Shown: piece by piece, positions 1-11,800 of the stretch
Layout of the letters: each line of letters opens with the position of its first letter
Position numbering within the stretch: position 1 is the first letter of the stretch
Made by a program: the position numbers and the translations under genes
The notes under the pieces: model-generated
Seen by the model: only the letters and a program-made list of their open reading frames with translations
What the model was told of the DNA's origin: nothing
Database searches by the model: none
NCBI GenBank assembly: GCA_004764695.1
Contig: SMSO01000025.1
Coordinates: 2,418,001-2,482,000, forward strand
Length of the DNA: 64,000 nucleotides
DNA from: Schizochytrium sp. TIO01
Taxonomy: Eukaryota; Protista; Bigyra: Labyrinthulomycetes
Direction of reading: 5' to 3'

Positions 1-53
1 GCGAGAAGAGAGCGAGTGACGTGGAGCTAGGTAGCTAGCAGCCTTAGAGGAAG

Positions 54-482
54 ATGTCCGACGACGTGAAGGCGGAGGGTGCTGCCCCGATGGATACGAG
101 CGAAGGCGATGAGAACAACAACAACGCTTCATCGACTTCGTCTACGGCAGCGGAGGCCGAGGGCGCCAAGGCTGGAGAGTCTGAGACGGCCAAGGAGGGC
201 GCAGAAGGCGCGGAAGGCGCAGAGGCAGCCAAGGCTCTGGCAGACGCGCTGTCCGGCAAGCCGTCTGCAGAAGAGGGCGTTAAGGCCGAGGCGAGCGCCA
301 AAGGAGGTGAAGGAAAGGGCAACAAGAACAACCTGCCGATCAGAACGTATCTGGACCAGACGGTAGTGCCCATCCTACTCAGCGCCCTCTCGCAGCTTGT
401 CAAGGAGAGGCCTGACGGAGATCCCGTTGAGTGGCTCGCGCACTGGCTGCTGCGCAACAACCCAGCCAAAAAGACCAATTAA
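54..482 (+). CDS. DPY30: Dpy-30 motif (D/D dimerisation-docking) protein with acidic Ala/Glu-rich N-terminal extension
   Basis: C-terminal [44 protein letters not shown] matches the Dpy-30 motif (xYLDxTVVPxLLxGLxxLxKERPxDPIExLAxxL); ATG in good context; GC-rich coding composition. Confidence 0.85.
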   Translation: MSDDVKAEGAAPMDTSEGDENNNNASSTSSTAAEAEGAKAGESETAKEGAEGAEGAEAAKALADALSGKPSAEEGVKAEASAKGGEGKGNKNNLPIRTYLDQTVVPILLSALSQLVKERPDGDPVEWLAHWLLRNNPAKKTN

Positions 483-1438
483 TCCCTAGTTGAATGCAAG
501 AAAGAAATGAAAGCAGTAAAGGAGATGAAAGAAGAAGAAAAAGAAGAAGAAAAAGATTTAGGTAGAATTCTAGACGGAAAGCAAATCCGGAGACAGTGGA
601 TCCACCTATGCAATTATATGCTCGTGGAAATGCTGCAAGTGGGCCTTGTGATTCCTGGTTCGGACCGATGTGTATGCGGACTCATCGATCCTGGGGTTGA
701 TGGACTGTATGCTGGATCAAGGTAACCGAACTGTGAACACCAAAAGTCCAGCTTGTAGAATCTTCTTAGGAAATGCTTCTCTCGCGTATATCTATCTATA
801 TTTTGACGAGGGATCGCTCATTGTGTCTTCCTTGATTAGATGGCAATGTTCGGGTTATATGAGATGGATAAGAACTGCGGATGTAGCGAGGTGGCAGGAA
901 TGGAACTTTGAACAAGCCGGCAGGGAGTTTATCATTTTAGTGTTACCAAAGTGATAGGCGTCAGGGTAGTACGAAAGTCAACTGCTAAGGAGAGATTTTA
1001 AGCCGCCTACCCATCTCCTCTCTCATATCTATAGGACTATTCATCTGCGTCGAAGTCGCATGCATCTAGACGTACATACTTACAAACATAAATATACATG
1101 CATATACAAGCATGCTTACAAACTTACTTACGTACTTTTATTCTTACGTACTTACAAACTTACACATTCACTTACATTCTAACTACTCATGTTTCCCTTT
1201 AAATGGCCGATCTAATTGCTTGTTTATTCCCACTTGGTAGCTTGTGAGGGTTTTGCATTATTGCGAGCGAACTTAAAACTCAACAAAACCCACAGAATGT
1301 AATTAATTGAGGTACTTTTTGACATAAATATCATTCCATAGTAAAACGCATCACCTTGTTTTTATGTGTTTGGGACCTCGAATGAACACCTTGGGAAGTA
1401 CGGAAGATCGAAACTTCATTCACATTATTTATATATAT

Positions 1439-2278
1439 TCATTCAGGAAGAGCTTGGTGATGTTCATTGTGTTCAAGCGGTCTCGAAGAGGGGTAAAAAG
1501 AAAGACCCTTAGAGGGCTGACTAAGATAGTTGTCAAAGCTTTGAAAAAGACGTGCTTGCGCCCGAACCGTGGCCCAGCTACAGCCTCGATGTGGAGGTCG
1601 CTTAAACTGTTTCATTAAAGGTGCACGATAAACTCCGTAAGGAGCTGCAAAAGTTTTGGGGGTGTAATGCTGTGAAAAGGCATTAAATCCTTGCCATGGT
1701 CGAAACTCTGCTTGATAAGTCTGGTGACTCTCTAAGCTTCGAAGATCTTGCTCACGACGCTGCATAGTTGCTCTTTGTGTTACCTGCTCTTTTCGAGCTT
1801 GCGCTTGTTTTTTTATTCTTTCTTTGGCAGCTTTAGCACTTTTCTTTCGGTCTTGTACCTGCGCGAGGAAGACGTCGTGCCGTTGAGAATTTAAAACAGC
1901 CGATCTGTCTTGCCTCGTGGAGTCAAATTCAAGTAGAACAGTTTTGGCAGAAGGTTCCTTTGGATCTTGTGACTTATCCGAGCTCAAACTGATAAGATTT
2001 ACTTTCTTTCCAGGTATGTTCATAATTTTAGAGGTATTATCAAGTGAACTTATATCTTGCTTCACTTCATAATCTGCATTGCTCCTATCTACTGAGATAA
2101 TGTTACTGTGCAATTGACCCAACCTGTCGCTCTTCAAACCTCCATGGGCAAAATATGTGCTCGAATCTAATTTAGTTCCAAGAAATGATATCGCACGCTG
2201 CTTTCTTGATACTATCGATACTGTAAGTGCCTGCTCATTTGCCGCGTTTGTAGCACTCAACTTTAGTTGTGACTCCAT
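1439..2278 (-). CDS. Hypothetical protein, 279 aa, central coiled coil
   Basis: 840-nt ATG-initiated ORF in AT-rich DNA; K/R/Q/E-rich helical segment (DRKKSAKAAKERIKKQAQARKEQ); no recognised domain. Confidence 0.6.
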   Translation of the reverse strand: MESQLKLSATNAANEQALTVSIVSRKQRAISFLGTKLDSSTYFAHGGLKSDRLGQLHSNIISVDRSNADYEVKQDISSLDNTSKIMNIPGKKVNLISLSSDKSQDPKEPSAKTVLLEFDSTRQDRSAVLNSQRHDVFLAQVQDRKKSAKAAKERIKKQAQARKEQVTQRATMQRREQDLRSLESHQTYQAEFRPWQGFNAFSQHYTPKTFAAPYGVYRAPLMKQFKRPPHRGCSWATVRAQARLFQSFDNYLSQPSKGLSFYPSSRPLEHNEHHQALPE

Positions 2279-3673
2279 GTTATCATGGTGGTCTATCTCC
2301 TCTCAAAGGCCTTGTGATGTTGGTGATCTCTTTTAGTTGCTAGAGTACCGCTTAATCTTAAAGATCCTGTTCAGCAGATTAATTGCAGCAAGAGAATGGA
2401 TGCATCGACCGCCTGGCGGAATATATGACTAGGCGAGGCTTCAATGTTTGAGATTAAATGTTCGCAAATTTTAAACTGCACACCACTTCTCTTAGAACCC
2501 TATACCTCTACTTTAAGTGCGGTTTTGTTTAAGAGTCTGTGATCCCATGGAAGAGCGCGCATCTTATTTCATTTAACGTATTTCAAGGTTGAGCTTTAGA
2601 AATGAATTTCTTGCACGAGACTCTCAGATTAAGGGCACTTGGCATAAAGAGCCGTTATGACCCTTTAAAGAGAGTGTTTTTCTGTTTATTTCTAATTCAG
2701 TTTTTTAATTAAAATTAAAATCAATTCATCTTACTGGCTTTCCATGGAAAGGAAAAAAATATACAAATGGTCATGTTGAGATCAGCAACATTGTAATATG
2801 TCGAAACTATAAAACGGGTTGAGAGCACGACTACCCTGTATACCAAGGTTTGCAAATGATCCGTGCATATGGTGTGAATTGCAAGAAGTAAATGGACAGC
2901 CTGGAACCTCCAGCATCCAAGAAAATCTGTCAAATAGATTTGGCAAATGGTCAGGGGTTTCCAATAAATAAAAAATATTTTCTCATATGTGATGAAGACA
3001 CATGCTGGTTTTGCAAGTAGTCCAAAGTTTAGGTTTATACATACTTTAGTACACACGCAAGCACAATAGAAACTCAATTATTAAAATATTAATATTAATA
3101 TTTTTATTTATTTATTTATTACTTTTAAAGATATTTAAAATATAACAAAAATCGTTTGTTTTGTTCATTCCTTTTTGTTTTATTTTATTATGGATCATTG
3201 CTATCACTGAATACTCGCCATCTGGGACCATGGCACTTACCTTAGTCAAAACTCCGCAAAAACTGATTAGGAAAGGACTAGGTAGGTACCATGAACATAT
3301 TAAAGTTCTTGACTTCATCATCTGACTCAATTATTTTAATTCAACGAAAAAACAATACAAGTGATAAAAGCAATCCTACAACACATACCAAGATATAATA
3401 GCACTAATTGATATTTAAAAAAGGTAATATATGCTGTCTTTGGAATCCTAGTGTCCAACAAAGGGTGTGTATGTGTACTCCAAACTAGAGTCAAGCGGGG
3501 ATAAGCAGAAACTTCGATTTTGATGATTTGCAGAACAGCATTCCATAACAAAAGAAGCAAACGTTTTATCAAGGTTTCTTGACGTGTTTAGAGGGTATTC
3601 GACGGCAAAAGACGCTACAAGCTTGCCGGGCCGTGCGTGTGTAGGCGAAACTCCGGCAGGCTTGTTTAGGAAC

Positions 3674-6600
3674 ATGAACAGACTCCATGAATACTCCAGG
3701 AGGTCAACTGAATCAAATCTTATTTCCAGCAGACTGCGTCAACAAAACTTTGGTCTGTCTCAAACAAATGTGAACCGTCGCGTTAGCGAAAGCGATGTTT
3801 TACAGCTATCACCGATTTTGGCTGCGCATAGAACCAATATTCTACCCGATGACCTACAAGAACCTCGACAAGATGCGCATATTTCATTCGACAATAGCTT
3901 TCAGGAGAAAGTGATTGAGAGAACAGAAGAGGAAGAAAAACAACACACGGCCGCAACTCATATTCAAGTTGAGTATCGAAGATCAAAAAGTCGTCGCAAA
4001 AGTATTGAATGGAAGAAGGGCTTGAAAAATGCTCGTGAGATTCTAGAAGAAAACCTCATGACAGCTGATGGAAGCGTAGCTCAAGAAGCATCTGAAACAG
4101 CTTTCCAACTTCGCACCCACACTCCGCGATTTCTACAATATCTTCTAAGGTCGTTTGGTCCACATATTGCGTTGCCTATGTCTCACACAATCGTTCGAGG
4201 TGCAGTTGCATTTGTTGATATGAAAGGATTCACTAACCTTGCAGAGCACATTTCAAAGTCGCGGAATCGTGGAGCTGAATCTTTAATATTCATTGATGAA
4301 TCTATGCGTGTGGACAACTCATCAGAAATTACAAATGAAATCCTTACCAGGTACTGGAACTTAGTAGTTATGTATGTGAACAAGTTCCACGGGGACGTCA
4401 TTAAGTTTCTTGGAGACGCTGTACAAATTGTTTTTCCAATTCAGCCACTATTTTCTAATATTTCTGACTCTTCAGAGGCCGAACAACGTTGCCAGGACCG
4501 AGCATTAATGTTTGCAATAGAATTGATGAGAGCTTTGGAGTATTTTGAGGTTGATTCACAACACGCCACTACAGGACAGTTGAGCATGAAGATTGGCCTT
4601 TCATTTGGAGATATGACCTTTCGTACCGTTGGCGGTGCACTTTCCCGATGCGAATTTGTTCTCTCTGGAACGACGCCAGCTCGAGCAGCAGTTCTTAGTG
4701 GGAAAGCATCAAAAAATGAAACTGTTGTAAGTAGTGAATTCACTTCTATCAATGAATTTAAACCACCGAATTCCGTGATGGTGTCATATGTTCGTCTGAG
4801 AATTGGAGAGGGAGAGGAAAACATCGAAGCTTTATCAAAAAGGCTCATGAGTACCGATGACTATTTTAAGCTCAGCCTAAATCTTGATCCATATGCTGGT
4901 GAGCTCGAAGAGTTTGAAGATGATACAGAACCTATTGATACTGCGCAGTTATACAAGCTTGCATCGCATGGTATTTTTCGACGTCCTGGTAGCAGAACTC
5001 GAATAAGATCATCAGCATATAGCTCAGATGGTCTGGGAGGGCAAGATAGCATTTTTTCTTTGCAAGGTGTATCTATCTCTAGCTCTCGCCAAAATGCTAG
5101 CTCAAATTCTTTTGGATCTACTTCTGGCAGTGGTCATATCCGAAATTTGGCTTCTAATGCAGTTCTGATATCAATGCTCGCACGTTTTGTACCTGTCGTG
5201 GCCTTATCACAAATTGTAGTTGGATGTCATAGCAATCAATTGAGTCACCAATTCTGTAGCATTTTGTTTGTCCATGTAAAAAGCTACGATCCAGACGCGC
5301 CAGAAGATGAGCAAACCCGCCTCATGCAAAATGTGACCTTAGCTGTGCAAAATGCAACATATGAAGAGCAGGGGGATTTACGACAAGTAGCTGTAGATGA
5401 TAAAGGGTTTGTACTTATTTCTATATTCGGACTTTCTGCGGAGAGTTCTGAGAGTCATGGATTAGCAGCAGCTTGGAGGATAATGAGCTATTTTGAAGAA
5501 GAAAAAATTAAAGCTGGTCTCGGACTTACATCAGGTTTTTGTCACTTTGGGCCAACTGGCGCAAAGTCAAGATCTGAATATGCTGCAGTTGGAAGTAAGG
5601 TTAACCTAGCAGCACGATTCATGGCGAAAGCCTCAAGTTCAATTCCAATCACAGATACTACACCCTTTTCTGCCCTTCTTCTGGACCAAACAACATTAGC
5701 AGGACTCCCAGAAACATGCAGGACAAGTTTCATTGCTTCCTCTATTCGTGTCAAAGGTTTTTCAGACCCTGTCGATGTGTATTTAACTATGAAAAAACTC
5801 GAAAATCTGGAAAAGGTCATGTCGCCAACAAACCTAACTTATCGAGCATTTCACTTTTGCAAGGAATTGCAGCTTGTCAAAGTTAAAATGATTTCGGAGC
5901 AGTCCAAAAGATTAGTTAGACGTTCCCCAGGTAGCAATTTTGTGGCCGATATCTTTCGCATGACAATTGGCCTGGAACGTCCAGAATCAGTTCGGGATGT
6001 ACTAAAATACATTACTGTTATGGGATTTGTACATTCTAGAATTAATGTGAACATTCTCGAGTCCGTAATTAAAAGTGCTGCGGTACGAGCTGATGTTGAA
6101 TACGCCCTCAGTGTGATCCACGAAAGATTGCAAATTCTACGCACTGTTCCGGAACTGAACGTGAATATTTACGAGATTCGGGATGTAGAGCATCAGATTA
6201 AGCCCCTATATCAAACTCTGATGAGGTCTTTCAGACATCATATACACAGGGAGTTAGCAGAACGTTATAGAGATGAACTCATGCGAGGACATCTCAAAGA
6301 AATTCCCCGAGAGGTTATATATTCCACAATAGGCACCCATTTTGCTTTGGCAGGTATCGAGAATCACCTTGAAGCTGCAGAGTTTTTGAATAAGTCTCTT
6401 GCCATGGTCGCACATCGTGACTACGCTCAAGCGGAACTACTTGTGCAACGCAGTCAAAAGCTTATTCAGTCCTGGAGATTTAAGCAACAATGTAAAGCAG
6501 AGAAAGCCGCGGCACAGTCTTTCTTCTTTTTAGCCGGTGTGAAATCAAGACAAAATCAAATGGAAGAGACTTTTCGCAGCTATATCAAATGTCTGGCGTC

Positions 6601-7189
6601 ATATGATACCTTAGCGCCATTATTAAGCCCAAGGTGTATAAGTTCTGATTTATGTGAGCGCACAAGTGCGTTGTCCATTAAGGACTGCTCATGTTGCAAA
6701 TTCCAGGAAAACACTTGCGCTTTTTTGTTTATTCATTTCACCGATGATGAAAATGCAATGTCTTTTCATTTTCGATGCCTCTACATCTCCTCTGGCAATG
6801 GAAAGCAGGTTGATGTTGTTCCATGGGATTGCGTAACTTTAGATCAGAGTGTTGAAAACCCGACTCGGACAACCAACTGTATACTTCGCGAAATTCCGTG
6901 GCATGAGGCCCAAAAGAGGTATCAGCTTAATTGCATCGATTCGAAAGCCAAAATGTTTTATCAAATTCTTATTTTCAACTCGAGCACCTCGAAGCATATA
7001 TTTTCAAGTTTCGTAAATATTGGCCGCATCACATCTCAAGGAAGTCAGAAGTCTGGTTCGGGGAAGCAGTTTAGGGATCCTTCTTTGATCGAGCAATTAA
7101 CAGAGTCTTCTGAAGAAGCCAAGAGTGAAGAACAGAAAAATGAAGTAACGACTGACATACCTAAATCTCGTGCATGTAGCATACAGTAG
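3674..7189 (+). CDS. sAC/ADCY10-like class III nucleotide cyclase, paralogue 1 (IQ - C1 - C2 - helical/TPR-like - Cys-rich - CaaX)
   Basis: C1 motifs VAFVDMKGFT and KFLGDAV; C2 motifs RQVAVDDKG and EYAAVGSKVNLAAR, then VKGF; IQ motif AATHIQVEYRRSKSR; ends CSIQ. First in-frame ATG at 3674 (ORF track starts at GTG 3584). Confidence 0.9.
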   Translation: MNRLHEYSRRSTESNLISSRLRQQNFGLSQTNVNRRVSESDVLQLSPILAAHRTNILPDDLQEPRQDAHISFDNSFQEKVIERTEEEEKQHTAATHIQVEYRRSKSRRKSIEWKKGLKNAREILEENLMTADGSVAQEASETAFQLRTHTPRFLQYLLRSFGPHIALPMSHTIVRGAVAFVDMKGFTNLAEHISKSRNRGAESLIFIDESMRVDNSSEITNEILTRYWNLVVMYVNKFHGDVIKFLGDAVQIVFPIQPLFSNISDSSEAEQRCQDRALMFAIELMRALEYFEVDSQHATTGQLSMKIGLSFGDMTFRTVGGALSRCEFVLSGTTPARAAVLSGKASKNETVVSSEFTSINEFKPPNSVMVSYVRLRIGEGEENIEALSKRLMSTDDYFKLSLNLDPYAGELEEFEDDTEPIDTAQLYKLASHGIFRRPGSRTRIRSSAYSSDGLGGQDSIFSLQGVSISSSRQNASSNSFGSTSGSGHIRNLASNAVLISMLARFVPVVALSQIVVGCHSNQLSHQFCSILFVHVKSYDPDAPEDEQTRLMQNVTLAVQNATYEEQGDLRQVAVDDKGFVLISIFGLSAESSESHGLAAAWRIMSYFEEEKIKAGLGLTSGFCHFGPTGAKSRSEYAAVGSKVNLAARFMAKASSSIPITDTTPFSALLLDQTTLAGLPETCRTSFIASSIRVKGFSDPVDVYLTMKKLENLEKVMSPTNLTYRAFHFCKELQLVKVKMISEQSKRLVRRSPGSNFVADIFRMTIGLERPESVRDVLKYITVMGFVHSRINVNILESVIKSAAVRADVEYALSVIHERLQILRTVPELNVNIYEIRDVEHQIKPLYQTLMRSFRHHIHRELAERYRDELMRGHLKEIPREVIYSTIGTHFALAGIENHLEAAEFLNKSLAMVAHRDYAQAELLVQRSQKLIQSWRFKQQCKAEKAAAQSFFFLAGVKSRQNQMEETFRSYIKCLASYDTLAPLLSPRCISSDLCERTSALSIKDCSCCKFQENTCAFLFIHFTDDENAMSFHFRCLYISSGNGKQVDVVPWDCVTLDQSVENPTRTTNCILREIPWHEAQKRYQLNCIDSKAKMFYQILIFNSSTSKHIFSSFVNIGRITSQGSQKSGSGKQFRDPSLIEQLTESSEEAKSEEQKNEVTTDIPKSRACSIQ

Positions 7190-7377
7190 GTAGTATTTTA
7201 GAGCATAGAATCATCTTACAATTATTAAGAGACTTTACTAATAATAAATAAAAATTACAAATTACAAATTTACAAAAGAAATATAATATGTAAGAAGAGA
7301 GCTTTAATTCAAGGCCTCGTGACTGGGTGTATTCATGCACGCAAATACCGCCGCTCAGCCGTCAGTTATTATTACTA

Positions 7378-7510
7378 TTGTTGATTTATTGATTTATTGA
7401 TTTATTGATTTATTGATTTATTGTTTATTGATTTATTGATTTATTGTTTATTGATTTATTGATTTATTGTTTATTGATTTATTGATTTATTGTTTATTGA
7501 TTCATTATTT
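7378..7510. repeat. Tandem minisatellite (TTTATTGA)n with TTTATTG variants
   Basis: About 130 bp of 8-/7-bp tandem units between cyclase paralogues 1 and 2. Confidence 0.9.
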
Positions 7511-8000
7511 GGAAAAAGAAAGAAAGTATAAGTACAAAGAGCAACTTGCTTCAGAGAATACTGGAGAAGCATATGAACATCTCTATGGTTGAAAATAAAA
7601 CTTCCATTGGTATCAGAACAAGATTAGTTTTACATTTTTTTTTAATGAAAATAAAAAAGAAAAGAGAATCGTCAGATGTGTGACTACAATGGTACCTCTT
7701 CCTCTATTACAATAAAGTATACATAAGACCATGACAGATTATTTTGAAAGTGAATGGCTTTGCGACACCTTCGAAGAACAGAAGTCATGCTGCACTGCTC
7801 ATTACTGGTTGAAATATGCACTTTACCATTGATAGCTGTTAATATCTTTAAAATATTAATTTATATATATATTTAATTTTTAATTTTTTAATTTCTTAAT
7901 TTTTAAGTGTTCTAATTTAATTCTCTTTGGCTGGACTTTTGTTATCAGGTGAAAATGAAAACAGAATTTTTTTCAGTACCGTGTAAGTTTAGATTCATAA

Positions 8001-8035
8001 TTTGGACGAGTTTGGACGAGTTTGGACGAGTTTGG
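8001..8035. repeat. (TTTGGACGAG)x3.5 tandem repeat
   Basis: Three perfect 10-bp units plus a partial fourth. Confidence 0.9.
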
Positions 8036-8835
8036 TAAATATTTCGCCAATTAAATTACGATTCGGTCATTGAGTCACCGAGATTGAGTAAGCTCGGTTT
8101 TAAAGTTGGACAAATATAATCTGAACTACGGCGCTGTCGTATCAGGTTTCAGAACCTTTCACTAATACCTCTGTGGTGCTCTGTGAAGAGTGGAATTTGC
8201 TGTACTAGTTGATTATTTGAGATCAAAAAAAGGGGGATAGAAAACTTTTCTCTTTGCACATAGGCAGGTGGTACACAGGAACCTAGTGTTCTAAATCTCT
8301 ACAAGGAGGAAGTACACACTATGGCATCAATCCGTTGAATGAGCTTTTCCAAAATATTACTCCCTAAAAGTGCAAGTGAGAAGCAAGGCATTTGATATTT
8401 TCCAAAGGAATATTCAACTGATGAGAGACATACAAATAATATCAAGATAGAGGAGAACACATTCTTTCGAGTGTGTGGTGCTTTTGTTAATAGTGGTTCA
8501 GGAAGATGAACATGCTTGTTCCAGCAATAATTAGGTACACATTTTTATATATGGCATACAATTAGTGAAGTACGTACACATACCAAAAAGATGATCGCAT
8601 AACTTTAAACTAGGCGTAACGCATGAGGTGGGTTGTGTCCTGGTTTAGCAGGTTGGCAAGGGTTGACACAAGGCGACAGCGGCACCATTGATGCAACTGT
8701 GAGTGCAATCTTAAAAACAAATTCTTGAAAGCTGCGTTGGGCATAGTCATTCATCTTGCGTTTCTTCTTCAGCTAGCTGTCGTTTATAGAATTGTGAATA
8801 CGGCATCAAGGCTAGCGTAGGTCGCTGTCGCCAAG

Positions 8836-11800
8836 ATGTCAGAAGTCTTGCCAAGCGAAGCAAACAAATCAAGAGTCAGTAGTGAAGGTTCCACGCTGAA
8901 TTTATGGCTTGGCGAAGCTACAACTAATTCTATCAAAGAGAGATCTTCAGATAACACCAATGGGCACACAGGATTTATCAGTTTTAAAGTACGGCAGGGT
9001 TCATCTTTTCAGAGCCAACAACACCAGAACGCTGATATCGTGAAAATTGAGCGGCTGAGATCAGCGAAAATTATTCAAAGATGGTACCGCAAGGTTGAGA
9101 TGGATTATTCTCGTTGGCAATATAAATCGAAAATGCAACGTACGAAAGAAGGCCTTGCCTCCAAAATGGAGCAGATTGATGATGGCCATATACAGCAGGC
9201 TGTCGAAATTGAAGGAAAATTGCGTGCGCTTACTCCACAATACTTACACTGGCTTATTCGCTCAAGAGGCGTTCACTTTATTGCTCCGGAAAGGCATATG
9301 GAAATCGAAGGAGTTGTGGCATTCGTAGATATGAAAGGTTTTACCAACCTAGCTCAATATTTGGCAAGAAAGAACGCTGCAAGGAGAAACTCGTCAGCCT
9401 TTCTTGACGAAAACATGAATTTCAATCTTTCATCGGAACTTACAAATGAGGTACTCACGCGGTACTGGGAACTTGTCATTATGTATGCTCAGAAATTTCA
9501 GGGTGATGTTCTCAAATTCCTGGGAGATGCAGTGCAAATCATCTTTCCCTTAGAGCCTTTATTTTCGCATGAGGTAGATGTAGAAACTGCACGACGAAAA
9601 TGTCAGAATCGGGGCCTCATGTTTACGTTGGAGCTATTGCGAGCCTTGGAGTTTTTCGAGATTGAGTCATTCGATCTTGGCACAAACAGAATGAGCCTCA
9701 AAATCGGTCTAGCGTATGGGTTGATGGATATCCGTATCTTAGGGGGGGTCTCCTCAAGATGCGAACTTGTACTTTCAGGTCCAACCTCGGAGGTAGCTGC
9801 AACATTAAGTGGTAAGGCTGGACACGACGAGGCTGTTGTACATAAGAGCATCTTATTTGTAATTGAAAATCACAAAAGAGTTGATAAAAACAAGGATTAT
9901 GTTCGCTTGCGTGGCGGAAAGAAGAACTCAATGGGGGAATTATATCGCCTGCTAACTGAAACAGAGGACTATTTTGAGGCTAGTTTATTTCAAAATCCAT
10001 TCGAAGCTAGCTTGGGTGAGACAGGTAACTCTGCAGCAAACCTCTTTGAAAATGTTCGCGCACTGAATCGTTTTCAGACACTTGTTGCAAATCGAGCGAA
10101 AGAAAGACGCAAATCATATAGTTCAGTTGGTTCCTTGAACTCATACTCGCGGCTTTCTTCAACCAGAATGATACGAGATCTTGAGGATTCAATTACAGCC
10201 CCAAGAGGAAGCACTACAAATGAAAGTCTATTGAGTGGAGACTTACCATTTAGCACTCTCGGTCGATTTGTACCACAATGCGCACTCTCTCAAATTGAAG
10301 TGGGTTGTGCAACATCTACATTGGGACAAGGCTTCTGCTCTGTTCTTTTTGTTGAAGTGTGTAACTATGATCCAAACATGGCCCCTGAGGACCAGACTAG
10401 ATTTATGCAAATAGTCACGACGCTTGCTCAAACTGCGATTTACGAGGAACTTGGAGATCTTCGGCAAGTTGCAGTCGACGACAAGGGTCTGGTTGTCATT
10501 GGTATGTTTGGGATTGGTTCGCCTAATGCAGAAGAGGCTGCCTTTGCGGCGGCTAAACAGATTTTACAAAAATACAAAGCGAATGGTATAGCCGCTGGCT
10601 TAGGGCTTGCTTCTGGTGCTTGCCACTTCGGACCAACAGGCGCAGCAGGTCGCAATGAATATGCTGTTGTTGGTAGCACTGTAAATCTTGCTGCTAGATT
10701 AATGGCCCGAGTTTCTCAAGCAACAATACACGATAGTCATAATTCTTATTTATTAATCGACCAAAACACCTTCCTTGGCCTCTCACGCCATTGCCAAGAT
10801 GACTTTATAACATCAGAAATTAAAGTGAAAGGCTTCGATGCTCCTATTCAGGTGTTTCTTCCACTTAGCAGGAATAACACGCTTAAAGATTTGGAGGAAG
10901 CTCAAGTGCTTAAAGCACTAAGCTTTGAATCTGCGCCCCGCAAAGTAAAAGTTTCACAAGTTACAGACCGTTCAAAAATGAGTTTTCGTGAAAGGCAGCG
11001 ACGCCTTGGCTTTGTTGCTGATATTCAGCGGCTGACACTTGGTCTAGAGAGACCTGAGTCTGTTCAAGAGGTTCTCAAACATATCACCGTCATGGGAGTG
11101 GTAAATCCGCGAGTCGACTCTGCAGTCCTCTATTCAATCATACCAAGCGTGACAGTTTGTGCGGATCTTTCTTACTCACTAGAAATAATTGAAAGTGAGT
11201 TTCAAATAATTCGAGACGTAGGAAATCAAGTATACATGATCAACAATATTGAGCAGCACATCAAACCGCTATATGAAACGCTAATGCAGTCCTTTCGCAA
11301 AAGGCTGCATGAGGAGCTTGCTCAACTGTACGAGGAGCAACTCCTGCATGGGAACATTAAAGATATTGCAAACGACAGTCTGCACGTAATCATTGGTTCT
11401 CATTACGCGCTTGCTGGAGTTGACCATCACTTAAAAGCTGCAGATTTTCTTAATCAGGGTCTTGCTAAAGTTGCAAGACAAGATCTAGCCTACGCTTCCG
11501 TTTTAGCCCGTCGAAGTCGAAGGCTAGTAACTGCATGGCAACGTAAACAGCATGGTCGAGCAGAAAAGGCTGCAGCTACATCCATGTACTTTATCGGTAG
11601 TTGCGAGCTTAAAATGGGAAGTTTTGAGAAAGGTTTTGGCGCGTATGTCGCAAGTCTTCGATGCTACAGTGGTCTAGAAGGTATATTATGCCCGCCTTGT
11701 CAGTCACAAGATAATTGCTTTTTGCATAATGATTCATATGAATTGTGCTCATGCCTCAAGCTACGTCCTAACTTACACGCGTACCTGATAACTCATCACA

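Noticed and set aside
44-478. 144-aa minus-strand ORF over the Dpy-30 gene (and similar nested ORFs inside the cyclases, IQ protein, GH5, AMT and DOHH)
   Set aside because: Antisense or alternate-frame shadows of well-supported genes, with no motifs of their own.
3584-3673. GTG/TTG-initiated N-terminal extensions in the ORF track (also 13835, 19232, 24437, 32480, 47557, 58950)
   Set aside because: Eukaryotic locus; the first in-frame ATG was used instead.
7378-8035. Repeat tracts as a possible CRISPR array
   Set aside because: Simple tandem repeats without unique spacers; eukaryotic context and no cas genes.
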